Below, piece by piece: positions 43,328 through 55,415 of a stretch of DNA of 64,000 bases (the first letter of the stretch is position 1; every line of letters starts with the position of its first letter). Location: positions 372,001 to 436,000 of the forward strand of contig QPMI01000436.1 in the NCBI GenBank assembly GCA_004431415.1, written 5' to 3'. The position numbers and the translations under genes were made by a program. Under the pieces are notes generated by a model, which searched no databases, had not been told where the DNA came from, and was given only the letters and a program-made list of their open reading frames with translations. Source of the DNA: Cyanophora paradoxa CCMP329. Lineage: Eukaryota; Plantae; Glaucophyta.

Positions 43328-46300
43328 ATGGTCGTCCGAGGGCGCGACCAGGCGGAGCCGACAGTAATCGACGGTGAGCGGCCCACGTGAACCCGAGGCG
43401 CTTGGAACCTCTAGCTATGTCGCATGGACCGCCCGCTCGACGCCGCGGCTGACGCCCGCGGCAGATGAGCTCATCAGGAAGTGCATCAGCATCCCCGATG
43501 AGGAGGGCAGCTTGATGCTCAAGAAGGATGCGACGGAGTCGACTAAGGACTCGAAGAAGGAGAGCCTGGAGTTCCACGAGATCAAGGCCCTCATCTTCTC
43601 GTTCAAGAACATCCTGCGGGTGCGCTCCTCCCGTGCTTGCGGCTCTGCCCAGGGGCGCGGCGCGCGCTAGAGGCCGCCCCTGGGATCGCCGCACGCTCGG
43701 CGGGGCTCCCGCCCCCCTCCCCACGCGGTCCGTCTGGGCCCGCTGACCGCGGCCGGGCGCCGCAGGTGGACAACTTGTCGGGCCTGGATCATCTGAGGAA
43801 GCTGCAGCTCGACAACAACATCATCGAGAAGGTGCGCCGGCGGTCGGGCGGGCGGGCGGGCGGAGCCCCAATCCCGTCCCGCCCCGCCGAGCGGCGCCGC
43901 TGACGCGCCCCGGCGCGCAGATCGAGAACCTCTCGTCCCTCACGAACCTCACGTGGCTCGACCTATCCTTCAACAACATCGAGAAGGCGCGCCGCGCGCC
44001 GCGCCCCCACCCCCTCGCGCGCCCGCCCGCGTGCCCGTCCGCCGCTCACGGTGGGGCGCGAGCAGATCGACGGCCTGGAGACGCTCGTGCACCTCACGGA
44101 CCTCTCGCTTTTCAGCAACAAGATCTCGGTCGTGGAAAACTTGGACACCCTCACGAACCTCCAGGCGAGCGCCGCGCCTCGCCCGGCCTCGCCCGGCGCC
44201 CTCCCAACCCCGCTCAGGTGCTCTCGCTGGGGAACAACGCGATCAAGGAGATGGAGAACACGGTTAAGTACCTTCGCAAGTTCAAGTCCCTGCGGTGCCT
44301 CAACCTGGCGGGGAACCCGATCCACAAGGACCCCGAGTACCGCAACCAGGTTAGGGGGCTTCCCAGACTGAATCTATCCCGGCCCGGCCCGAGAGAGCCG
44401 ACGCGGGGCACGCGGGGCACGGGGGGTTACAGGTCCTCGCCTACGTCAAGGGCCTGACCTACCTCGACTTCCGGCGCGCCCCGCTCAGATCAGATCTGAT
44501 CTGATCCGCCCCGCCCCGCTCACATCTGAGCGAGCAGGCTGGTGGACGAGGCGGCGGTGCAGGCGGCGCGGGAGGCGCTGCAGTCGGAGCTGCAGGAGCT
44601 CGAGGAGCGGGAGGCGGACGCCGAGAAGGAGACGCAGGTCGAAGAGGCCCGCCGCCAGCGCGCCGTCCAGGTCTGCCCCATAGAGAGGGATATAATATAT
44701 ATAAAGTTAGGAAAGGTGCTTCTCCTAGAGATATGACTCTAGGACAGTTAGACTGTAGTTAAGGGTCCAGGTCCGCCCGCCCGCTCGCCCCATCTAGAAG
44801 ATAGAGATATGAAGCTAGGAGAGTTAGTTAGAGCCTGGGGCGCTCGCTCGCTCGCCCGCCCGCACCACCGCCCGCCCCAGCGCCCGAACCGACGAGGCTA
44901 GACTGTGGTTGCCGTAGTAGTAGTCCTCTCCTAACGCCTTCCGCGCCCGCCGCCCGCTAAGTTAGACTGCAGTTAGTTACTTGGGAGAGTTAGTTAGAGC
45001 CTGCGCGCTCGCTCGCTCGCTCATTCCTTCTCTGTCGGGCAGGTTGGGACGGCGAACCTGGCGGGGGTGGACACGCTCTTCGGGGACATGACGAAGGACA
45101 ACGGCGAGCTGGCGAAGATCCGCTCCCTCCCCGTCATCCACGAGCCCCTCGACGAGTACAAGGACAAGTTCAAGGCGAGCAGTAATCCAAGTAGCAGTCT
45201 CTAATCTAATCTAATCTAATCTAATCTGACCTCCGCCCCGCCTTCCCCCAGGTGCTCACGGACGAGTGATCGAAGTAGTCTAAAGGGCGCCGGCCCCTCT
45301 TACCTCCTCCCCGCCCCTCAGGTGCTCACGGATGAGTACATCGAGCTGGTCTTCAAGCACCGCGAGAAGATGGCGGACGAGCGCGGGCTCTTCGACGGGG
45401 CCCTCGGCGAGCTCCGCGGGCGCGCCGAGGCCGAGTCCAAGGAGCTCATCGTCAAGTTCAACGTCGTCAAGAAGCGGGCCCTGCGGCAGGTCCGATCGGG
45501 TTGGATTGGATTGGAGGGGACCAGATCTAGACGAACCCGAAGCCGCTGCCCTTCCCCCTCGCCTTCGAACCGCGCTGCGCTGCGCTGCGGCTGCGCTGCG
45601 GCATTAGATTAGATGAGAGAAGCCGGCGCCCTCCGGATCCCCCTCCGCCGCTGCCCTCCTCGCCTCCTCACCTTGCTGCCTTGCTGCCCTCCGCGCCTTC
45701 TCACCTTCTCGCGGCAGATCAAGGACCGGGAGGAGACGGTGGACGTGCAGGAGCCGCTGGACGCACTCAAGGCCGCCAACGAGCGCCTCATGGACGACCT
45801 CATGGAGATCGAGATCGACCAGGTCCGCCCAGATCAGATCATGTCGGATCGAATCGGATCGGATCCGCTCTCTCTCGCACGCTCTCTTCGAAAGCCTTCT
45901 CTCTAACGAACGTCCATCTCAGGTGGAGCGGGTGGAGGCGCTCATCAAGGAGTTTGACAAGAACTACCAGGAGCTCGCCCTCTTCGTGCGCGAGGCGACG
46001 CAGGCGCACTTCAACCGCCTCCGCGGCCTCGAGAACGAGTTCCACGAGCGCATCCAGGAGCTCGCCTACCAGAAGGCGCACATTTCTACGAGATTCTAAC
46101 ATTGAATCGCGCGCCTCCCTAACTCTTTCGGCCTTTCCATTCGCAGCTGGACGAGTTCGTGGCGGCGGTGGAGGCGGAGGCGGCGGCGGCGGCCTCCGGG
46201 GCGGTCGGGGAGGAGGAGGAGGAGGCCGGGGAGGGGGAAGAGGCCGCGCAGGAGTTCAACGACGAGGCGCGGGCGCTGCTGCAGGACAAGGAGACGCTCG

Positions 46301-46601
46301 CGAACGCGCTGACGGCCTCGCATGAGCTGCACACGAGCCGCATCGACGAGCGCGAGGAGGAGATCATCCGCCGCGAGATGGAGAACTACGAGAAGCTCGT
46401 CGCCAGGCGCGCGCCGTACCCCCCCTCCGCCTCTTCACCCCCTCACCTGCTCTGATTCGACGTACCCCACCTCCCCTCAGGTACCGGAACGACGAGGTGG
46501 CGCGGAACCGGTCGCGCGTCTCGGAGATCTGGACCTTCGTGGAGCGGAACCGGCAGGAGATGGCCCAGTACGAAACCGAGGACGACGAGGGAGGCTTGTA
46601 G
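43328..46601 (+). CDS. DRC3: Dynein regulatory complex subunit 3 (LRRC48), 14 exons
   Basis: [65 protein letters not shown]...LSLGNN...YLRKFKSLRCLNLAGNP...YLDFR and C-terminal SHELHTSRIDEREE...RNRSRVSEI. Confidence 0.92.
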
Positions 46602-46759
46602 GCCCTCGCAGGCCCGCCCGCCAGCCCGCCCGCCCGGCCCACACGCGGCCGCCGCCCGCCCGCGGCCTTCTGTGCGTGTCATGCGCTCTTCGCAATCGGA
46701 AATTCGAGTCGTAAATCGGCCGGGGGATTCGCAACCGGGAGATCGATCGGCCGGGGAGA

Positions 46760-47040
46760 TCGAGGGTGCCGCAGCAGGCGGCGAGGAGGCGGCGGAGGGC
46801 GGGGAGGGGTACGATGAGGCCGGAGAGGTCGAGGTGGCGGGAAGGAGGGAGAAGTCGTCGGGGAGGTCCGCCAGGGCGTCCAGGCACCAGAGGGAGTCGT
46901 GGGCGCGGACGAGGGAGAGGTGCGTGAGGATCGGGCAGCTGCGGAGGACGGCGTAGAGGGCGCCGTCGGCCCGCGCGACGAGATCCTGGATCTCGGGCGG
47001 CGCGAGGGAGAGGGAGCGCCAGGTCGGCTCCGAATTCCAA
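46760..47040 (-). pseudogene. Inverted fragment copy of the LRR exon of the F-box gene (~28370-28650)
   Basis: NSEPTWRSLSLAPPEIQDLVARADGALYAVLRSCPILTHLSL...DALADLPDDFSLL is near-identical to 28372-28565, then frameshifted. Confidence 0.85.
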
Positions 47041-47048
47041 GTCCCGCG

Positions 47049-47190
47049 ATCCGAGATCTCGGAGCAGGGCGGCCTCCCCATCCCCGAGGTTGCCGGCAGC
47101 AGGCCCCTTCAGCGCGTCGATCAGGGCCTGCCGCCCCACGACGGCCCCGGCCCCGGCCCCGGCCCCCGCCCCCGCCCCCGCCGCGCCCTC

Positions 47191-47254
<64 letters not shown>

Positions 47255-48210
47255 GGGGTGGCCGCCGCGCAGGCGCGCAGCAGCGCCGCGGCCCGCCGGG
47301 CCGCTCGGCCGCCTCTTCATGGAGCAGGCAGAGGCGGACGGCCAGGGCGTAGCTGGCGAAGGGCACGGAGGCGCCCTCGTCGCGACGGCGGCCGGCGGCG
47401 GCGGCGCGGGCGGCGGCGGCGGCGGCTGCTGCCGCCCCGCGGTCCGGATCCGGCGCGCGCTGACGTGCATGCCGCTGTGCATATATGCATGCCGGTGCGC
47501 GCTGACGTGTTCGAAGAAGCCGCAGTCGCATCTCCATGAGCTGCATATGCATCTGCTGCAGCCAGGACCGTCGGCGCCGCGGACGGCCCCGGCCCCGGCG
47601 TCGCCGCCGGCGCCGGCGCCGGCGCCGACCCCGGGCCCCGTCGGGCTCAACGGTCAACGTCGGCCCCCCGGGCTCCCCCGCCAACGCGGCGGTCAACGTC
47701 GGCCCCGGACGCTCCAGCATCTCTGCCGGCGGTCAACGTCGGCCCCGGGCGCCAATAATAGCTGCCGCGACCGGAAGGAAGGGATCCGGAGGACGGGACG
47801 CCGCACCGTACGTCTTGGCGAGGGTCTCACCAAAGGACACGGCCGAGGGTCGCACGAGGCGGATCAGGCGAACGGCGGCCGATATGCGGTTCGGCGGCCC
47901 TGGCTGCGCAGCCTACCCGAACGGTGCACGTGACGCGTACGGTACCAGTGAGGCGCGCGGGCCGGGGGCGAGGGGCGCGGGGGCGCGGCGAACACGCCTG
48001 CTTGAAGTAGTCGGCGAGGAAGGCAATCGGGTCCTCTGGCTGGCTGCGCGCCCCCGTACTACGGTATGTGAGTGCGCGCCAGGTGCCGGCCATGGCCACG
48101 GAGAAGCTTTAATTTTTAAGCGGGGGCCCAGCGGAGGGGGCTGCAGGACACGGGCGGGGCAGGGCCGGTGCGCACCATTCCATGAGGACCGTAAGGGCGT
48201 CTTTCACGTG
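47049..48210 (-). pseudogene. Degenerate TPGS1-like copy 1 (lacks start, internal replacement, expanded GAC tract)
   Basis: Homologous to 54366-55365; 5' end missing and a central coding segment replaced. Confidence 0.7.
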
Positions 48211-48580
48211 CCTTGAACTTTCACCCCCTATGTGACTGTACCCGACCGCGCCTTGTTCCCCTCTTTGTCGGGTACACCTGCAGAAAGAAAAAATTGTCGA
48301 GGTTCGTGCGGAAATTGGGAGCGGCGCGTCGGAGCGGCCGCGGGCGTGCGCGAGTGATAGAGTAAGCGGCCTTCTCGTCTGCTGCCAGCTCAGCGAACGC
48401 CCCTGGCGACCCGAGAAATTCATCGATCTAGGGCCAGCGAGGACGAGCTTCACGCCTCGTGGATATAGCCGGATTTGCTAACGTAAAGTTCTTTATTTGG
48501 CCAAGCTAAACAACAGGCAGCGCGGGGTTGATCGTGAATTTTGAAAAATGTTTGAACGCTGACAGCGTCCCGCAGCGTCG

Positions 48581-50357
48581 ATGGAGGGCCAGCCTGTAGA
48601 GGATGAGATGAAGGACGAGAAGTTGGCCTCGAAACCTGGTCAGCCGCCCGTCGGCGTAGGCTGGGGCAGGCCTGACGGGTTCTGCAGACGCCCCCACTCC
48701 CAAGAAGCGCGGCCGTCCCCCGGGCAGCAAGAACAAGGTAACAGCACTTATAATGCCTTAGGTTCTCCGGCTCTCCCAACACGCGTCTCGGCAGGCGAAG
48801 GAAGGCGCTCCCACGCCTTCGAAGAGCGGCGACGGCAGCGCACCGGCGCCAAAGAAGCGCGGCCGGCCTCCGGGCTCCAAGAACAAGGTGAGAGCATCTG
48901 CCCACTTCATTCGCCCGCGATCGCTGACGTCACTGACATCACTTCATGATCATCGTGTTCCATGAAGACTGATACGAGTCGTCCGTCCACGGCTGGCTCG
49001 GCCTCTGGCAGCTCTTCCGCGATCAAGAAGAGGCCTGGCCGGTGAGTCTTTTTGAAGAGCACTACTACAGGATTGGCATGCGCGCCCCTTATCGTTTCGC
49101 AGGCCATCCAAGAGCGAATCCGAAGCTCGCAAGTCTACCGCTTCGGTGCCGGCCCTCGCGCTCTGTACTTCTGCGCCGTGCTGACGCTCGCTATGAGAAG
49201 GTCGCCTCGTCTGCACCAAAGCGCGGGCCGGGCCGCCCCCGCAAGTCCGACAGCGCCAAGTCCGAGACAAGCAAGAAGCGCGGCCGGCGCGTGCTCTCTC
49301 CTCGCTGCGCCGGTCTTCCGATCTGACGGTATGCGCCGCGCAGGCCGTCGAGCGGCAAGAGCAAGGTGCCCCTGGCTTCGCGCGCCGCGTCGCGCCGCCC
49401 GCCTGCGCGGCGAGCGTTAACCTGCGGCAGGAGGACAAGCCGGCCAAGAAGCCGAAGACGGAGGATGGCGCAGTGAAGCGTGGGCCCGGCCGCCCTCCCA
49501 AGGCGAAGACCGAGGATTCGAAGCCGAAGGCTGTCAAGGCCGAGCCCAAGGCCGCGAGTGGCGACGCCCCTGCGACCAAGAAGCGCGGCCGCCCGCCGGG
49601 CAACAAGAGCAAGGTACGGCGCACGCGCTGTCCAGCTCGGCTCCGCCGCCCCGCCTCACATCACTTTCGCCGGCGAAGGACGCGGCTGCCAAGAAGACAC
49701 CAGGCGGCGTTATTCCCACCATCAAGAAGAAGCCCGGCCGCCCGAAGAAGGTGCACGCCCCCACGCCTTCGATCATCTGCAAGCGTTTCCAACCGCGCAC
49801 GGGCAGACGGCGGCTTCTCCCGCCAAGAAGGCCGCGAGCGGCGACACCCCCAAGAAGCGCGGCCGCCCCCCGGGCAGCAAGAACAAGGTGCGTTCTGTCA
49901 TGATTCCGCACTCTCCGCAGCCTTCGCTGACGGGCGCTCCGAAGGCCGCGAGCCGCGACGCACCCGCGCCGAAGAAGCGCGGCCGCCCGCCGGGCAGCAA
50001 GAACAAGGTGCGGCGCAGGCTTCCCCTGCTCGGGCCGCTCTGTCCGCCACTCATCGCCCCCACTCAGCCGCAGATGGCCGACGTCCCTCCGGCCAAGAAG
50101 CAGGCGAGTTCGGAGTAGGACCGCCTCCGTCCGACCCGGTGCGCCCGCCCTGCCTCGCCCCGAGCCGGGCCCCGGCCCATCCTCACTCGCGTCGCGCAGG
50201 CCGCCCGGCCTCGAAAGATATCCCGCCCCGTCCCGTGTGCGTGTACTCCCGTCTCCCCTGCCGCCGTGCCGCTCTGCGTACTCTCCTGATTGCTCTGCAG
50301 GCCCCCCCGGGCTCTGTCTCCAGCTCCGGTCCCGTACCCCGCTCCACTCCGTGCTGA
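48581..50357 (+). CDS. Multi-AT-hook (HMGA-like) protein, copy 1
   Basis: Many mini-exons each encoding KKRGRPPGSKNK or KRGPGRP; 3' end approximate. Confidence 0.8.
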
Positions 50358-50462
50358 AGATAGACTAGGGAACCTCTTCGATAGGATCACTTGAAGATCG
50401 AACTCGCTATTTTTGTAGGGAACTCAACACGTACCAGAGGTTTAAGCTTGACCGAGCACGCC

Positions 50463-50826
50463 TCACCTCGCGGCCGCGGGGCCCTTGCTGGGGCTGGGAA
50501 CGGGACCTGGGCGGTCCGGGCCGAAGCTGGCCTGGGCGGCGGCGAGGAGGCTCGGGTGCATGGCGCGCCCCACGGCGACGAGGAGCTGGAGCATGCCGAC
50601 GTTCGCCTGCTGCGTCTGCTCCGCCGAGTCGAGTCAGCCGCACATCGGGCCGCAAAGATATCAGTTTCGAAGGGCCGGTCACCGATCCGAGATCTCGGAG
50701 CAGGGCGGCCTCCCCATCCCCGAGGTTGCCGGCGGCAGGCCCCTTCAGCGCGTCGATCAGAGCCTGCCGCCCCACGACGGCCCCGGCCCGGGCCCCGGCC
50801 CCCGCCCCCGCCCCCGCCGCGCCCTC

Positions 50827-50896
<70 letters not shown>

Positions 50897-51880
50897 GGGG
50901 TGGCCGCCGCGCAGGCGCGCAGCAGCGCCGCGGCCCGCCGGGCCGCTCGGCCGCCTCTTCATGGAGCAGGCAGAGGCGGACGGCCAGGGCGTAGCTGGCG
51001 AAGGGCACGGAGGCGCCCTCGTCGCGACGGCGGCCGGCGGCGGCGGCGCGGGCGGCGGCGGCGGCGGCTGCTGCCGCCCCGCGGTCCGGCGCGCGCTGAC
51101 GACGTGCATGCCGCTGTGCATGCCGGTGCGCGCTGACGTGTTCGAAGAAGCCGCAGTCGCATCTCCATGAGCTGCATATGCATCTGCTGCAGCCAGGACC
51201 GTCGGCGCCGCGGACGGCCCCGGCCCCGGCGTCGCCGCCGGCGCCGGCGCCGGCGCCGACCCCGGGCCCCGTCGGGCTCAACGGTCAACGTCGGCCCCCC
51301 GGGCTCCCCCGCCAACGCGGCGGTCAACGTCGGCCCCGGACGCTCCAGCATCTCTGCCGGAGGCTTAATCTTAGCTCAGGCGCCAATAATAGCTGCCGCG
51401 ACCGGAAGGAAGGGAGGACGGGACGCCGCACCGTACGTCTTGGCGAGGGTCTCACCAAAGGACTCGGCCGAGGGTCGCACGAGGCGGATCAGGCGAACGG
51501 CGGCCGATATGCGGTTCGGCGGCCGGGCCCCGGCTGCGCAGCCTACCCGAACGGTGCACGCGTACGTGACGCGTACGGCCGCGGTACCGGTGAGGCGCGC
51601 GGGCCGGCGCGCCGGGGGCGAGGGGCGCAGGGGCGCGGCGAACACGCCTGCTTGAAGTAGTCGGCGAGGAAGGCAATCGGGTCCTCTGGCTGGCTGCGCG
51701 CCCCCGTACTACGGTATGTGAGTGCGCGCCAGCTCAGCGGCTGCAGCTGCAGTTGCCGGCCATGGCCACGGAGAAGCTTTAATTTTTAAGCGGGGGCCCA
51801 GCGGAGGGGGCTGCAGGACACGGGCGGGGCAGGGCCGGTGCGCACCATTCCATGAGGACCGTAAGGGCGTCTTTCACGTG
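50463..51880 (-). pseudogene. Degenerate TPGS1-like copy 2
   Basis: Same lesions as copy 1 but retains the last exon. Confidence 0.7.
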
Positions 51881-52250
51881 CCTTGAACTTTCACCCCCTA
51901 TGTGACTGTACCCGACCGCGCCTTGTTCCCCTCCTTGTCGGGTACACCTGCAGAAAGAAAAAATTGTCGAGGTTCGTGCGGAAATTGGGAGCGGCGCGTC
52001 GGAGCGGCCGCGGGCGTGCGCGAGTGATAGAGTAAGCGGCCTTCTCGTCTGCTGCCAGCTCAGCGAACGCCCCTGGCGACCCGAGAAATTCATCGATCTA
52101 GGGCCAGCGAGGACGAGCTTCACGCCTCGTGGATATAGCCGGATTTGCTAACGTAAAGTTCTTTATTTGGCCAAGCTAAACAACAGGCAGCGCGGGGTTG
52201 ATCGTGAATTTTGAAAAATGTTTGAACGCTGACAGCGTCCCGCAGCGTCG

Positions 52251-54027
52251 ATGGAGGGCCAGCCTGTAGAGGATGAGATGAAGGACGAGAAGTTGGCCTC
52301 GAAACCTGGTCAGCCGCCCGTCGGCGTAGGCTGGGGCAGGCCTGACGGGTTCTGCAGACGCCCCCACTCCCAAGAAGCGCGGCCGTCCCCCGGGCAGCAA
52401 GAACAAGGTAACAGCACTTATAATGCCTTAGGTTCTCCGGCTCTCCCAACACGTGTCTCGGCAGGCGAAGGAAGGCGCTCCCACGCCTTCGAAGAGCGGC
52501 GACGGCAGCGCACCGGCGCCAAAGAAGCGCGGCCGGCCTCCGGGCTCCAAGAACAAGGTGAGAGCATCTGCCCACTTCATTCGCCCGCGATCGCTGACGT
52601 CACTGACATCACTTCATGATCATCGTGTTCCATGAAGACTGATACGAGTCGTCCGTCCACGGCTGGCTCGGCCTCTGGCAGCTCTTCCGCGATCAAGAAG
52701 AGGCCTGGCCGGTGAGTCTTTTTGAAGAGCACTACTACAGGATTGGCATGCGCGCCCCTTATCGTTTCGCAGGCCATCCAAGAGCGAATCCGAAGCTCGC
52801 AAGTCTACCGCTTCGGTGCCGGCCCTCGCGCTCTGTACTTCTGCGCCGTGCTGACGCTCGTTATGAGAAGGTCGCCTCGTCTGCACCAAAGCGCGGGCCG
52901 GGCCGCCCCCGCAAGTCCGACAGCGCCAAGTCCGAGACAAGCAAGAAGCGCGGCCGGCGCGTGCTCTCTCCTCGCTGCGCCGGTCTTCCGATCTGACGGT
53001 ATGCGCCGCGCAGGCCGTCGAGCGGCAAGAGCAAGGTGCCCCTGGCTTCGCGCGCCGCGTCGCGCCGCCCGCCTGCGCGGCGAGCGTTAACCTGCGGCAG
53101 GAGGACAAGCCGGCCAAGAAGCCGAAGACGGAGGATGGCGCAGTGAAGCGTGGGCCCGGCCGCCCTCCCAAGGCGAAGACCGAGGATTCGAAGCCGAAGG
53201 CTGTCAAGGCCGAGCCCAAGGCCGCGAGTGGCGACGCCCCTGCGACCAAGAAGCGCGGCCGCCCGCCGGGCAACAAGAGCAAGGTACGGCGCACGCGCTG
53301 TCCAGCTCGGCTCCGCCGCCCCGCCTCACATCACTTTCGCCGGCGAAGGACGCGGCTGCCAAGAAGACACCAGGCGGCGTTATTCCCACCATCAAGAAGA
53401 AGCCCGGCCGCCCGAAGAAGGTGCACGCCCCCACGCCTTCGATCATCTGCAAGCGTTTCCAACCGCGCACGGGCAGACGGCGGCTGCTCCCGCCAAGAAG
53501 GCCGCGAGCGGCGACACCCCCAAGAAGCGCGGCCGCCCCCCGGGCAGCAAGAACAAGGTGCGTTCTGTCATGATTCCGCACTCTCCGCAGCCTTCGCTGA
53601 CGGGCGCTCCGAAGGCCGCGAGCCGCGACGCACCCGCGCCGAAGAAGCGCGGCCGCCCGCCGGGCAGCAAGAACAAGGTGCGGCGCAGGCTTCCCCTGCT
53701 CGGGCCGCTCTGTCCGCCACTCATCGCCCCCACTCAGCCGCAGATGGCCGACGTCCCTCCGGCCAAGAAGCAGGCGAGTTCGGAGTAGGACCGCCTCCGT
53801 CCGACCCGGTGCGCCCGCCCTGCCTCGCCCCGAGCCGGGCCCCGGCCCATCCTCACTCGCGTCGCGCAGGCCGCCCGGCCTCGAAAGATATCCCGCCCCG
53901 TCCCGTGTGCGTGTACTCCCGTCTCCCCTGCCGCCGTGCCGCTCTGCGTACTCTCCTGATTGCTCTGCAGGCCCCCCCGGGCTCTGTCTCCAGCTCCGGT
54001 CCCGTACCCCGCTCCACTCCGTGCTGA
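52251..54027 (+). CDS. Multi-AT-hook (HMGA-like) protein, copy 2
   Basis: Near-identical to 48581-50357. Confidence 0.8.
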
Positions 54028-54132
54028 AGATAGACTAAGGAATCTCTTCGGTAGGATCGCTTGAAGATCGAACTCGCTATTTTTGTAGGGAACTCAACAC
54101 GTACCAGAGGTTTAAGCTTGACCGAGCACGCC

Positions 54133-54626
54133 TCACCTCGCGGCCGCGGGGCCCTTGCTGGGGCTGGGAACGGGGCCTGGGCGGTGCGGGCCGAAGCTGG
54201 CCTGGGCGGCGGCGAGGAGGCTCGGGTGCATGGCGCGCCCCACGGCGACGAGGAGCTGGAGCACGCCGACGTTCGCCTGCTGCGTCTGCTCCGCCCAGTC
54301 GAGTCAGCCGCACATCAGACCGCACGCGCACAGATATTTGTCAGTTTCGCAATCGCAGTGCACCGATCCAAGATCCCGGAGCAGGGCGGCCTCTCCATCC
54401 CCGAAGGAACCGGCGGCGGGCCTCTTCAGCGCGTCGAGCAGGGCCTGCCGCCCCGCGACGGCCCCGGCCCCCGCGCCCTCCGATGACGACGACGAGGCGG
54501 GCGCGGTCGCCGCGCAGGCGCGCAGCAGCGCCGCGGCCCGCTCGGCCGCCTCTTCGTGGAGCAGGCAGAGGCGGATGGCCAGGGCATAGCTGGCGAAGGG
54601 CACGGAGGCGCCCTCGTCACGCCGGC

Positions 54627-54660
<34 letters not shown>

Positions 54661-55415
54661 GGCGGAGGCGGCCCCGCGGTCCGGCGAGCGCACGGCCTCC
54701 AGGATCAGCTGGACGGTCTCCTCGGGAAGGTCGGACGCCAGGGCCCGCACGAGCTTCGCAACGTCTCCAGCCAGGACCGTCGGCGCCGCGGACGGCCCCG
54801 GCGGCGGCGGCGGCGGCGGCGCCGGGGCCGACCCCGTCGGGCTCCCCGCCGGCCGCTCCCCTGCCCACGCGGCGGTCAACGTCGGCCCGGGCCGCTCCAG
54901 CATTTCTGCCCGAGGCTTAAGCTTAGCCCGGGTGCTAATAATAGCTGCCGCGCCGCGGCCAGAAGGAAGTTCGGGACGCCGCACCGTACGTTTTGGCCAG
55001 GGTCTCACCAAACGACTCGGCCGAGGGCCGCGCGAGGCGGATGAGGCGGACGGCGGCCGATATGCGGTTCGGCGGCCCCGGCTGCGCAGCCTACTCGAGG
55101 AACAAGGCGGTGAGGCGCGCGGGTGCGGGCCCGGGGGCGAGGGGGGGCGGGGGCGTGGCGAACACGCCTGCTTGAAGTAGTCGGCGAGGAAGGCAATCGG
55201 GTCCTCTGGCTGGCTGCGCGTCCCCCGTACGTGAGCGCGCGTCAGGTGCCGCCCCGGCGACGGAGAAGCTTTTGAAGCGGGGGCCCGGCGGAGGGGGCCG
55301 CGGGACTCGGGCGGGGCAGGGCCGGTGCGCACCATTCCATGAGGACCGTAAGGGCGTCTTTCACGTACGCCCCGACCCCGGATTTCTCAAGGTACTCTCC
55401 GTACACCTTGTCCAT
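54133..55415 (-). CDS. TPGS1: Tubulin polyglutamylase complex subunit 1-like protein (apparently intact copy)
   Basis: Spliced MDKVYGEYLEKSGVGAYVKDALTVLMECQPEDPIAFLADYFKQ (RIIa-like docking domain)...RISAAVRLIRLA...FGETLAKTYEML...LVRALASDLPEETVQLIL...VPFASYALAIRLCLLHEE follows the TPGS1 domain order. Confidence 0.72.

Larger units (their letters stand above)
47049..55365. repeat. Tandem segmental duplication, ~3.67-kb unit, two near-identical copies plus a partial third (TPGS1-like + AT-hook gene)
   Basis: ORF pairs offset by exactly 3670 bp (48581/52251, 49473/53143) with only scattered differences. Confidence 0.95.
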
